A stretch of 64,000 nt of DNA from assembly GCA_001786575.1 (NCBI GenBank), contig MFRW01000003.1, positions 8,469 through 72,468 on the forward strand. The letters are read 5' to 3'. Position 1 is the stretch's first letter, and each line of letters starts with the position of its first letter. The position numbers were made by a program, and so were the translations under genes. The notes under the pieces were generated by a model. That model was not told where the DNA came from, did no database searches, and was given only the letters and a program-made list of their open reading frames with translations. This stretch comes from Candidatus Moranbacteria bacterium RIFCSPHIGHO2_01_FULL_55_24 (GTDB taxonomy: Bacteria; Patescibacteriota; Minisyncoccia; Moranbacterales; UBA1568). Below, piece by piece: positions 35,028 through 43,529 of this stretch.

Positions 35028-35967
35028 AGATTTTCTTTAAAGCTTCTTCGCTTAATGCGTGCTCAGAACTAAGCACATAGTCTCGGTCATTCTCGTTCAA
35101 GTCACCCTTATGCTTCTTATTATAGACAAAGAATTGACCATTCTTGGATACGCACGGAACCTCCTCCTCATTGAAAAGCGCTTCGTGAATAGATTCTGCA
35201 AAGGAATTCTCTCCTAAAACCACTGGAATAGTAGCCTTTCTCTTTTTAAGGTATCCCTCCACAAGCTCCGTAATTTTGATGGATGGAGTCTCGATACAGA
35301 TAACATCTCCATGGACTCCACTGTTCAAAGCATATTCGACCAAATCTACCACATCGCTCTCAGTCAGGATATAACGTGTCATCTCCTGGTTGCGTATGGT
35401 AAATGCTTCGCCCCGCTGAATATGATTCTCTAGCTTTTCCAGAACAGAGCCGTTCGAATACAAGATGTTGCCAAACCGGATATTTATAAAATCAACACCC
35501 TCAATGTCCGATTCTCGGCTCAGATCTTCGATAGCTTTCTTCGAAGCTCCCATGGCCGAAAGCGGCTTGGCTGCCTTATCAGAAGAACACAAAATGACCT
35601 TCCGAACACCCGTGTGCTTTTTCGCTATGTCCCTTACCCTTTTGAAGACCTCGACGTTTTCGGTCATAACTTTTTCCGGAAAAGCAACTCCTACCGAAAA
35701 ATGCTTTAATGCAGCACAGTGAATAATGTAAGAAATTTCCGTCTGTCCCAAAAAGTTCTCTAGAAAAGACTCCTCAAGAACGTCTCCAAATAGCACATAC
35801 AGACTTTTGCCATTCCCGCTTATACGCTGCATATCCAATAGTCGAGCTGCTCCTTCTTCCGCCCGGTCGACTACATAAACCCGAAAACCTTCACCAAGAA
35901 AAAACCTCGTTAGTATAAGGCCTACCGTCCCGCCGGCTCCTGTGATCAAAATGTTCTTCCCATTCAT
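35020..35967 (-). CDS. CapD/PglF-like NDP-sugar 4,6-dehydratase (soluble domain only)
   Basis: TGAGGTVG, HCAALKH, SDKA..P.SAMGASK, RFGNIL.SNGSV, MTRY. Confidence 0.88.
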   Translation of the reverse strand: MNGKNILITGAGGTVGLILTRFFLGEGFRVYVVDRAEEGAARLLDMQRISGNGKSLYVLFGDVLEESFLENFLGQTEISYIIHCAALKHFSVGVAFPEKVMTENVEVFKRVRDIAKKHTGVRKVILCSSDKAAKPLSAMGASKKAIEDLSRESDIEGVDFINIRFGNILYSNGSVLEKLENHIQRGEAFTIRNQEMTRYILTESDVVDLVEYALNSGVHGDVICIETPSIKITELVEGYLKKRKATIPVVLGENSFAESIHEALFNEEEVPCVSKNGQFFVYNKKHKGDLNENDRDYVLSSEHALSEEALKKIYE

Positions 35968-36020
35968 AATACTTTAGAAAAAAGACGCCCGATATTTACA
36001 AAGTATAGGACGCCCAGGAT

Positions 36021-36758
36021 TTAATTCAAAGTTGGCTCACCAAAGTATTTTGTTATGACTGACGGATTATCAGACAGCTTTTTAAAGTTTTCTGGCGTGC
36101 CAAAATCATAAAAGAACTTGTTGTTCACAATACCCCAGATGTTTGGCGCTAATCTCTGCATCGATTCTCTCTCAACATAGAGATCCAAGCCAAGGTCTAC
36201 TGTTCTCAAAAAAGCTTCTTTCCTGAGAGCATAGAAGCCCGTCGTACTGGCCCGCAGTCCGGGAACGCAGTTTTCTGAATCCCACAAGCTCATAACCTTT
36301 TTTGATTGAGAGTCAATTTTTACCATCCCAGAATTTGGAACATTCTTGCGAGTAGTCACCAAAACAGAACAATGCGCATCTCTCTCTACATGTGTTTCGA
36401 TGAAATGCCGTAGATTAAGATTCCAAATATTATCTGCCGTTAGCAAGAGCGTATCCCTACACTTTACTTGGGATACTCCAACATAAGAGCTCTGCGCCGT
36501 ACTCTTTGGATACTTTTCTACGACAAGCCTTACTGAAGAAGGAAAATTATTTCTAATCTCATCTTCAATCAGCTCGGCCTGAGATACCTGGCTACCGGTT
36601 ACCACAATATCTGATATGCCGTTATTCAACAGCCAGAAAATCACATACCGCAGAAACGGAACCCCATCAAACGGCAGAAGACACTTTGGCTTATGTTTAC
36701 ATATATCACCAAGGCGAGTTGCTCGTCCTGATGCAATAATAACCGCTGACATATTCAT
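36021..36758 (-). CDS. Sugar-1-phosphate nucleotidyltransferase
   Basis: ASGRATRL....PKCLL, FYDFGTPE. Confidence 0.88.
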   Translation of the reverse strand: MNMSAVIIASGRATRLGDICKHKPKCLLPFDGVPFLRYVIFWLLNNGISDIVVTGSQVSQAELIEDEIRNNFPSSVRLVVEKYPKSTAQSSYVGVSQVKCRDTLLLTADNIWNLNLRHFIETHVERDAHCSVLVTTRKNVPNSGMVKIDSQSKKVMSLWDSENCVPGLRASTTGFYALRKEAFLRTVDLGLDLYVERESMQRLAPNIWGIVNNKFFYDFGTPENFKKLSDNPSVITKYFGEPTLN

Positions 36759-36949
36759 CAGAACCTCCTATGAAAGCTCCTACCATAAGCAAGAGTTTGT
36801 CTGATCTCAAGTGAACTAGACTCAATAACTTATTTTAAAGGTGCAACAAGATACAATACCTTTATTTCGGGCTTTTGTCAATATTGAAATATTACTGTGA
36901 TATGAAACCTAAAAAAATAAAATCGCCCCTGGAGAGGCGACTTTATAGC

Positions 36950-36983
36950 ACAAAATTCCGCACCCTTGGGTGCGGAATTTTGT
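36950..36983 (-). terminator. Perfect 16-bp hairpin downstream of the tRNA cluster
   Basis: ACAAAATTCCGCACCC-TT-GGGTGCGGAATTTTGT. Confidence 0.75.
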
Positions 36984-36989
36984 TTAATG

Positions 36990-37063
36990 CGGGAGCGACG
37001 GGACTCGAACCCGCGACCTTCTGCGTGACAGGCAGACGCTCTAACCAGCTGAGCTACACCCCC
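36990..37063 (-). tRNA. tRNA-Asp(GTC)
   Basis: Cloverleaf, anticodon GTC, GTTCGA T-loop; CCA not encoded. Confidence 0.96.
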
Positions 37064-37072
37064 ATAAACCGG

Positions 37073-37146
37073 TGACAGGGGTGAGGATCGAACTCACGAC
37101 CTAGGGGTTATGATTCCCTCGCTCTAACCATCTGAGCTACCCTGCC
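37073..37146 (-). tRNA. tRNA with CAT anticodon (elongator Met; Ile2 not excluded)
   Basis: GGCAGGG acceptor fully paired, anticodon CAT. Confidence 0.9.
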
Positions 37147-37199
37147 CTGTTGCCTTTTTTTTGAAAAAACAAAAGCCAGAGAACCGGCCCGTTTCTTTG

Positions 37200-37273
37200 T
37201 TGCGGGGGGTGGATTCGAACCACCGACCTTCTGGTTATGAGCCAGACGAGCTGCCAGACTGCTCTACCCCGCT
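37200..37273 (-). tRNA. Initiator tRNA-fMet(CAT)
   Basis: 1:72 mismatch (A.A), G2-C71, C3-G70, A11-U24, anticodon CAT. Confidence 0.9.
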
Positions 37274-37300
37274 CTGTTTGTCTATTATATACCGTTTCTG

Positions 37301-37374
37301 TGGGTGATCCAAGATTCGAACTTGGGACCTCGTCATTATCAGTGACGCGCTCTAACCAACTGAGCTAATCACCC
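37301..37374 (-). tRNA. tRNA-Ile(GAT)
   Basis: Cloverleaf, anticodon GAT. Confidence 0.96.
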
Positions 37375-37472
37375 CCGAGACACTAAAAATAGCACTTGGA
37401 AAGATACCACGATCCGGGAAAAGAATCAAGAGGCAGAAGAAAGGATGCCCTATGACAAGCACCTTCTTACCC

Positions 37473-37548
37473 TGGTGGACCCTATCGGATTCGAACCGAT
37501 GACCTCCGCTTTGCAAAAGCGGCGCTCTACCAACTAAGCTAAGGGCCC
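37473..37548 (-). tRNA. tRNA-Ala(TGC)
   Basis: G3.U70 pair, anticodon TGC, encoded CCA. Confidence 0.96.
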
Positions 37549-37791
37549 ATTGCTTATAGTCAAGTCGAGAAACTTTCTTCCTTGTCCCGACTTGAGAAAC
37601 TTTTCTCTTCTGATTGCAGATACTTTATCTGAATATTCTTCTGTATATACTAATATGAAAGGGCTATTTTGTCTCGTAAACTTATTCGATCCTAAGTTAT
37701 GTTCTTTTAATCGTGACAATGGGTCCTTGCCGGTATAACCCGTATATCTCTTCCCATTCCTTTGGCTTTTCAATACGTAGACTGTAAACAT
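37534..37791 (-). CDS. Small stand-alone GIY-YIG nuclease
   Basis: VYVLKS..YTGYT..RLKEHN..FT..P..LVY.E..A..REK.LKSG.GR; the last codons and stop lie inside tRNA-Ala. Confidence 0.9.
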   Translation of the reverse strand: MFTVYVLKSQRNGKRYTGYTGKDPLSRLKEHNLGSNKFTRQNSPFILVYTEEYSDKVSAIRREKFLKSGQGRKFLDLTISNGPLA

Positions 37792-37804
37792 ATAGCTGTG
37801 CTGA

Positions 37805-37860
37805 CGCTCACCCCAGCCGAAGGCTGGTCCGCCTCTGGCGGAAACTAAGCTAAGGGCCCA
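37805..37860 (-). pseudogene. Duplicated 5' fragment of tRNA-Ala interrupted in the D-loop by a 30-bp double hairpin
   Basis: 37843-37860 identical to 37532-37549 (18 bp); then TCCGCCAGAGGCGGA and CCAGCCTTCGGCTGG; then GGTGAGCG (intact tRNA has GGTAGAGCG). Confidence 0.8.
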
Positions 37861-37885
37861 GATAGTCTATTTGTAAACGCTCATG

Positions 37886-37914
37886 ATTATATCGAGAAAA
37901 CGCCTCTTTGTAAA
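37886..37914 (-). promoter_or_regulatory. Sigma70 promoter upstream of tRNA fragment / GIY-YIG / tRNA-Ala
   Basis: TTTACA-17nt-TATAAT on the minus strand. Confidence 0.6.
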
Positions 37915-37973
37915 GAGAACAATTTGCCAGGACAAAAGGCTTGCGCCACAATAGCGGTATCCGAAATACAAAA

Positions 37974-39089
37974 ATGCAGAAGGAGGAATACAAATACTTG
38001 AATGCGTTCCGCAGTCTGGCGCCGGTCGGCGACAAGACGCTCCGGCTCCTCCTGGAGCGTTTCGGTTCGGCCGAAGCCGCCTGGAAAGCCTCGGCCGTCG
38101 ATTTCGCTGCGATGCCCGGCATAAGCAAGAGTGCTGGGGAAGCCCTCGCCAGAAGAGAGACGCTGGTAAACCCCGAAGAAGCCTGGGAGCTCGTCGAGAA
38201 GGCGGAGATCCGCATGCTCCGCGAGGATGATCCGCTCTACCCGCGCGTCCTCCGCGAAATTCCCGACCGTCCCCTCTTCCTCTATGTCCGCGGCAGTTAC
38301 GATTGGACCAGAGAAAAGCCGGCCATCGCCATCGTCGGCTCGCGCAAGTTCACCCACTACGGCGAGCAGGCAGCCGAACGCCTTGCCTACGACCTAGCCC
38401 GGGCCGGCTGCGTCATCGTCTCCGGACTCGCCTTCGGCATAGACAAGATCGCCCATACCGGAGCGCTCCAAGCGGACGGCGAAACGCTTGCCGTCCTCGC
38501 CGGCGGGATTGATGATGCCGGGATCAACCCGCGGAGCCACGTGCCGCTCGGCAAGCGCATCCTCGAGGCCGGCGCCCTCGTTTCCGAATTCCCGCCCGGT
38601 ACCATACCGCTCCCCGCCTACTTCCCGATGCGGAACCGCATCATTGCCGGCATCTCCCTGGGTACGCTGGTCATAGAAGCTGCCGAGCAAAGCGGCAGCC
38701 TCATCACCGCCCGCCTCGCTTTGGAGTACGATCGCGAGGTCTTCGCCGTTCCCGGCTCCATCTTCTCGCCGGCCTCTGCCGGCACCAACGCCCTGCTCCG
38801 AAGCGGCGCCAAAGCCGTGACGAACGTCCGCGATATTCTCGAAGAATTCCCGCTGTTTTCGGAGTCCGGCAAAACGCCCGGACAGGCGGAAGCGAAGCCC
38901 TCTCTTCTCCTCTCGGAAGCCGAAGAGAAAGTCCTCGCTGCGCTTTCCCACGACCCCCTCCACGTTGACAGGATTATTAAAGCGGCTAGACTGGGAACCA
39001 TTGACGTACAGTCAGCTTTGACGATGCTCGAGCTGAAAGGGATTGCCAGAAACATAGGAGGCATGCACTATATACGGCAATACCCTTAA
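37974..39089 (+). CDS. dprA: DNA-processing protein DprA
   Basis: AIVGSR, VSGLAFGID, FPMRNRII, SGSLITA; C-terminal wHTH. Confidence 0.96.
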   Translation: MQKEEYKYLNAFRSLAPVGDKTLRLLLERFGSAEAAWKASAVDFAAMPGISKSAGEALARRETLVNPEEAWELVEKAEIRMLREDDPLYPRVLREIPDRPLFLYVRGSYDWTREKPAIAIVGSRKFTHYGEQAAERLAYDLARAGCVIVSGLAFGIDKIAHTGALQADGETLAVLAGGIDDAGINPRSHVPLGKRILEAGALVSEFPPGTIPLPAYFPMRNRIIAGISLGTLVIEAAEQSGSLITARLALEYDREVFAVPGSIFSPASAGTNALLRSGAKAVTNVRDILEEFPLFSESGKTPGQAEAKPSLLLSEAEEKVLAALSHDPLHVDRIIKAARLGTIDVQSALTMLELKGIARNIGGMHYIRQYP

Positions 39090-39116
39090 TTCACCCAACT
39101 TTCCTTTCTCTATTAT

Positions 39117-41306
39117 ATGAAGCTCCTCATCGTCGAATCGCCATCCAAAGCCAAGACTATCGAGAAGTACCTGGATAATGAGTACCGCGTGGTCGCCTCT
39201 ATCGGGCATATCCGGGACCTCCCCAAAAACAACAAGAAGGCCATCGACATCGAGGGCGGCTTCGTGCCGCACTACGAAATCTCCCCCGGCAAGGAGAAGG
39301 TGGTTTCGGAACTGAAAAGCCTCGCCAAGAAAAGCGACGAAGTACTCCTCGCAACCGACCCCGACCGCGAAGGCGAAGCGATCGCGTGGCACGTCGCCGA
39401 AACCTGCGGCCTGAAGAAACCGAAGCGCGTCCTCTTCTACGAGATCACCCCAAGCGCCGTCAAAGAAGCGATGAAGCATCCGCGCGACCTCGACGAACAT
39501 CTGCGCCGCGCCCAAGAAGCGCGCCGGGTCCTCGACCGGCTCGTGGGCTATGATCTCTCCGGCCTGATCTGGAAAAAGGTGCGCTACGGACTGTCCGCCG
39601 GGCGCGTCCAATCCCCTGCGCTCCATATACTCGTAACGCGGGAACTGGAGATTCGCGCCTTCAAACCGGAAGCCTACTGGGTGCTCACGGCCGATGTCAC
39701 GACGCCTAAAGGCGAGCTCATCACGCTCACCGCGACCGAAGAGCCACGGAACGAAGCACGTGTCGAGGAGATTCTTGCCCTCGGCAAGAAAGGCTCCTGG
39801 AAAGTTACCGACGTGAAAGAAACGGAAGTGGCCAAGCGTCCCCGCGCGCCGTTCACTACTTCTACCCTCCAGCAGGCAGCGAGCTCGCGCCTCGGCTTTT
39901 CCCCGAGCCGCACCATGCGCGTGGCCCAGAAGCTCTATGAGAATGGGCACATCACCTACATGCGTACCGACAGCACCTCTTTGAGCAAAGAGGCTATCGG
40001 GACCATCGCCAATGCGGTCGAGAGCGAATTCGGGAAAGACTCTCTCTCTATCCGCCAATACAAGACCAGGAGCAAGAATGCCCAGGAAGCCCATGAGGCG
40101 ATCCGTCCGACGCGCGCCGACAAGAAGACTGCCGGCACCACCGACGAAGAAAAGAAGCTCTATACTCTCATCCGTGTCCGCACGCTTGCTTCGCAGATGA
40201 GCGATGCCCGCACGCTCCGCACCAAGATCACCGCGAATACCGGAGATGAAGGCATGCCGGACTTTACCGTAACCGGCTCACGCCTGCTCTTCGCCGGCTG
40301 GCTCGCTCTCGACACGGCCGCTCAAGGCGAAGACACGATGCTGCCGAAAACCGCCGCAGGAGAGGCGCTCGCCTTGAAGGATCTCCGTTCCGAAGGCAAA
40401 GAAACGCTCCCGCCCAACCGCTACTCCGAAGCTGGTCTCGTGAAAGAGCTCGAGAAGCGCGGTATCGGCCGGCCGAGCACCTACGCCTCGATCATCAAGA
40501 CCATCGTCGACCGCGGCTATGTGACCAAGGATGGGAAAGCGCTCGTACCCACAGAAACCGGTGAAGTCGTCGACACCTTCCTTTCCGAACACTTCCAAGA
40601 CTTCGTCTCGGATACCTTCACCGCAGAAATGGAAAACAAGCTCGACGATATCGCCGAAGGCACGCGCGACTACGAGGAAACGCTCCGCGAATTCTATACC
40701 CCCTTCACCAAGGAAGTGAAGTCCAAAGACAAGCTCGAAAAGATGACGAACCTCGGGGACGCGCCTGAAGGCACCGTCTGCCCCAAGTGCGGAAGCAAGA
40801 TGATCGTGAAGCTCGCCAAGAACGGCAAGTTCCTCTCCTGCTCGCGTTTCCCGGAATGCGACGGAGCCCGGACCATAGACGGCAAAGAGCTCGAAGGCCC
40901 CAAAGAGACCGGCGAGGCCTGTCCCAAGTGCAAAGACGGCAAACTCGTGGAGCGCGACGGGCGCTTCGGGCGCTTCGTGGCCTGCTCCAATTATCCGAAA
41001 TGCAAATACATCAAGAAGGATGAGTCATCGATGCCGACCACCGGAGTGAAATGCCCCGTCTGCAACAAGGGCGAGATGGTCGAGCGGCGCGGACGCTATG
41101 GCATCTTCTACAGCTGTTCCAACTATCCCGACTGCAAGAACGCCATCAAGTCCAAGCCGACCGGAAAACTCTGCGAGTATATCCGCGAGGACAAAGGCGG
41201 CAAGCCCTGCGGCGCGCTCATGATGGAGGGAACCAAGACGATCCCCGAACGCTGCAGCGACAAGACCTGTCCCAACCACAACCCGCACAAGCTGGAAAAG
41301 AAGTAA
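39117..41306 (+). CDS. topA: DNA topoisomerase I
   Basis: VESPSKA, DPDREGE, SAGRVQ, ITYMRTD, C-terminal Zn ribbons. Confidence 0.98.
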   Translation: MKLLIVESPSKAKTIEKYLDNEYRVVASIGHIRDLPKNNKKAIDIEGGFVPHYEISPGKEKVVSELKSLAKKSDEVLLATDPDREGEAIAWHVAETCGLKKPKRVLFYEITPSAVKEAMKHPRDLDEHLRRAQEARRVLDRLVGYDLSGLIWKKVRYGLSAGRVQSPALHILVTRELEIRAFKPEAYWVLTADVTTPKGELITLTATEEPRNEARVEEILALGKKGSWKVTDVKETEVAKRPRAPFTTSTLQQAASSRLGFSPSRTMRVAQKLYENGHITYMRTDSTSLSKEAIGTIANAVESEFGKDSLSIRQYKTRSKNAQEAHEAIRPTRADKKTAGTTDEEKKLYTLIRVRTLASQMSDARTLRTKITANTGDEGMPDFTVTGSRLLFAGWLALDTAAQGEDTMLPKTAAGEALALKDLRSEGKETLPPNRYSEAGLVKELEKRGIGRPSTYASIIKTIVDRGYVTKDGKALVPTETGEVVDTFLSEHFQDFVSDTFTAEMENKLDDIAEGTRDYEETLREFYTPFTKEVKSKDKLEKMTNLGDAPEGTVCPKCGSKMIVKLAKNGKFLSCSRFPECDGARTIDGKELEGPKETGEACPKCKDGKLVERDGRFGRFVACSNYPKCKYIKKDESSMPTTGVKCPVCNKGEMVERRGRYGIFYSCSNYPDCKNAIKSKPTGKLCEYIREDKGGKPCGALMMEGTKTIPERCSDKTCPNHNPHKLEKK

Positions 41307-41310
41307 ACCG

Positions 41311-41336
41311 AAACTCCCCTTTCCGGGGAGTTTTTT
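41311..41336 (+). terminator. Intrinsic terminator after topA
   Basis: AAACTCCCC-TTTCC-GGGGAGTTTTTT. Confidence 0.8.
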
Positions 41337-41358
41337 CTACGCGCTGTTTGAAAGATTT

Positions 41359-42192
41359 TCACATTATCCTTCTCAATTCCTTCCACGCCACCAAGAGGAC
41401 AAGCCAGCCGATCGTCACGAGAACGATCATGGCTCCGCTTGGAAAAGCGAAGAGTTGCGCCAAGAGAAGTCCGAGAACAGTGCTTGAAAGCGAAAGGAGA
41501 AGAGCTATGAAAAACGTTTTCCAGAAGCCTTTGCCAAGCTGCATCGAAGCGAGGACAGGGATAACCAGAAGCGCTCCAATCATGAGCGATCCGACCATAG
41601 AAAGGGCCAGCGTAATGAAAGCGGTCACTGCAAAGAAAAAAAGAAATTGGAACAAGCCCTTCGATACCCCGCTCACTTGGGCCAATTCTTCGTCGAGAGC
41701 CATCATGAAATATTCTTTCTGGTAACGATACACCGCTATTCCCAATACCACGAGCATCAGAGCTAGTACACCGATCTGAAGCCACGTCACCTCCGCAATG
41801 CTTCCGAAAAGAAAACTCTCGATCCCGCCATGTTCCTCGCGATCATGAGCGTGCCCACCTTCTTCATGGATGTCCAGAAAAATGATGGAAAGCGCCAGGC
41901 TGCCCGAAAGGAAAAGCGCCATAAGCGCATCCGTCGACGTCTTCCATCTCGTTCTCGCCCGTTCGATTCCGAGGCTAGCGAGAAACGTGGTCGCGAATGC
42001 CCCGATAAGCATGGGAATGCGGAAAAGAAGAGCGAGAGCGATCCCGAGCAGTCCGACATGGGAAAGAGCATCTACCAGAAGAGAGTACCGCCTCGTCACC
42101 AGATATAAGCCGATCATCGGAGCAATGGCAGCAAGAAGCAGGCCTGCGACGAGAATCTTTTGGAAATGAGAATCAAGAAAAATTTCAATCAT
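41359..42192 (-). CDS. znuB: Zn/Mn ABC transporter permease
   Basis: DALSH..L.G, SFLFGSI, GALLVIP; His-rich loop. Confidence 0.88.
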   Translation of the reverse strand: MIEIFLDSHFQKILVAGLLLAAIAPMIGLYLVTRRYSLLVDALSHVGLLGIALALLFRIPMLIGAFATTFLASLGIERARTRWKTSTDALMALFLSGSLALSIIFLDIHEEGGHAHDREEHGGIESFLFGSIAEVTWLQIGVLALMLVVLGIAVYRYQKEYFMMALDEELAQVSGVSKGLFQFLFFFAVTAFITLALSMVGSLMIGALLVIPVLASMQLGKGFWKTFFIALLLSLSSTVLGLLLAQLFAFPSGAMIVLVTIGWLVLLVAWKELRRIM

Positions 42193-42201
42193 ACGCGTGC
42201 T

Positions 42202-42927
42202 TTAGTGACGGTGATGAATAACGCGCTCTCCGTGAGCCAGGATACGATCAAGATCTTCTCCGCTTATTTTCTTGGTTTCAGAATAACCCAAGACCTTTTT
42301 GTCCAAGCAGAGAATATGGCGCGTATCACGGGAAACGACGTCATGATCGTGAGAAACGAGGATAATCGTCATGCCTTTTTCGTGAAGCTTCCGCAGCAGG
42401 GTGTACAGATCTTCCTCGTAACTCGTATCGATGCTCGTGGTAGGCTCATCGAGAACCAAGAGCTCCGGTTCCGAAACCAGGGCTCTGGCGATAAAGACGC
42501 GCTGACGCTCCCCTCCAGACAGCTCTCCCAAGCGACGGGATGCCAGATGGCCGATGCCGCACAACTGAAGCGCCTCCATAACCGCTGTCATCTTAGAGGG
42601 TTTCCGATTACGATCAGCATAGCCGCTTCTTACCACCTCGAGCACACTGGCAGGGAAATTCAAATCTCCGCGAAAAACATTCTGCGGAATATAGCCGATT
42701 TTCTGCCAGCCGCGAAAAGCATTCAGCGGCTCGCCGAACAGTTCCACCTCTCCTCCTTGAATTTTCTCCAAGCCCAAGAGAAGACGAAGCAGCGTTGTCT
42801 TGCCGCTCCCGTTTCCGCCGAGGATGCCGAGGTAGTCTCCTTTTTCCACTTCGAAACTCACGTCTTGAAGCGCGCTGATCTGCTGACCATATGAATATGT
42901 GAGATGGGAAACTTTTACGATGGTCAT
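42202..42927 (-). CDS. znuC: Zn/Mn ABC transporter ATPase
   Basis: GGNGSGKT, LSGGERQR, LDEPT, SHD; start trimmed to ATG 42927. Confidence 0.9.
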   Translation of the reverse strand: MTIVKVSHLTYSYGQQISALQDVSFEVEKGDYLGILGGNGSGKTTLLRLLLGLEKIQGGEVELFGEPLNAFRGWQKIGYIPQNVFRGDLNFPASVLEVVRSGYADRNRKPSKMTAVMEALQLCGIGHLASRRLGELSGGERQRVFIARALVSEPELLVLDEPTTSIDTSYEEDLYTLLRKLHEKGMTIILVSHDHDVVSRDTRHILCLDKKVLGYSETKKISGEDLDRILAHGERVIHHRH

Positions 42928-42934
42928 AGCGTTA

Positions 42935-43369
42935 TCACATGGAATAAGCGCAAGTCTGGCACAAGCCGAAAAATTCAAGCGAATGGCGGAGGATGGTGAA
43001 CCGGTGCGCGCGGCCGATAGAGCGCTCCTGACGGAGGATCTCCCGCTCATCCAGGTCGATATCCTCGATGCGCTCGCATTCCAAGCATACCAGATGGTGG
43101 TGATGCGCGAGAGCGACGCGCTCGTAGTATTCGCGCCGGCCACCGAGACTGATCGGGCGGATAGCGCCGAGCGCCTCCAGCCGATCAAGATCCCGGTACA
43201 CCGTCGTCTTGTTGACCATCACTCCTCGCTTCTCCATGAGCGCGAGTATTTCCGGAGCCGAGAGCGGCTTGGCAGTGGAGTCGAACACATGAGCAAGCGC
43301 TCGGCGGGCAGGGGTGAGCCGCACCTTCTGGTCTTTCAAGAGAGAAATAATGGTTTCTTGTTTTATCAT
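42935..43369 (-). CDS. zur: Fur-family regulator (Zur-like)
   Basis: RLTPAR, TVYRDL, HHHHLVCLEC, GLCQTC; leads znuCB. Confidence 0.85.
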   Translation of the reverse strand: MIKQETIISLLKDQKVRLTPARRALAHVFDSTAKPLSAPEILALMEKRGVMVNKTTVYRDLDRLEALGAIRPISLGGRREYYERVALAHHHHLVCLECERIEDIDLDEREILRQERSIGRAHRFTILRHSLEFFGLCQTCAYSM

Positions 43370-43380
43370 GTTTTCATGTT

Positions 43381-43399
43381 AATGCAACTAAGTTGCATT
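43381..43399. promoter_or_regulatory. Putative Zur/Fur box (perfect 9-1-9 palindrome)
   Basis: AATGCAACT-A-AGTTGCATT lying between the TTGACA -35 box and the zur start. Confidence 0.8.
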
Positions 43400-43529
43400 T
43401 GTCAAGAAGGGGAGAGGGGAGCGCAAAAAATCGAAGGATTCCTTTGAGAAAAGCAAAAAATAAAGCTTCCTCGAAAGCTTCTTCTTGGAATCCGCCGCAA
43501 AAATCGGTATACTGGAGAATATACGTGCT

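Noticed and set aside
32500-37063. Integrative element with att sites at tRNA-Asp
   Set aside because: No duplicated tRNA-Asp 3' end or integrase found by eye; only the composition shift is supported
37534-37860. Group I or tRNA intron
   Set aside because: The downstream tRNA-Ala is already complete and its 5' end is duplicated; there is no room for a ribozyme core
42928-43188. N-terminal extension of ZnuC in the ORF track
   Set aside because: Overlaps the zur gene in another frame; ATG 42927 gives a normal ABC ATPase
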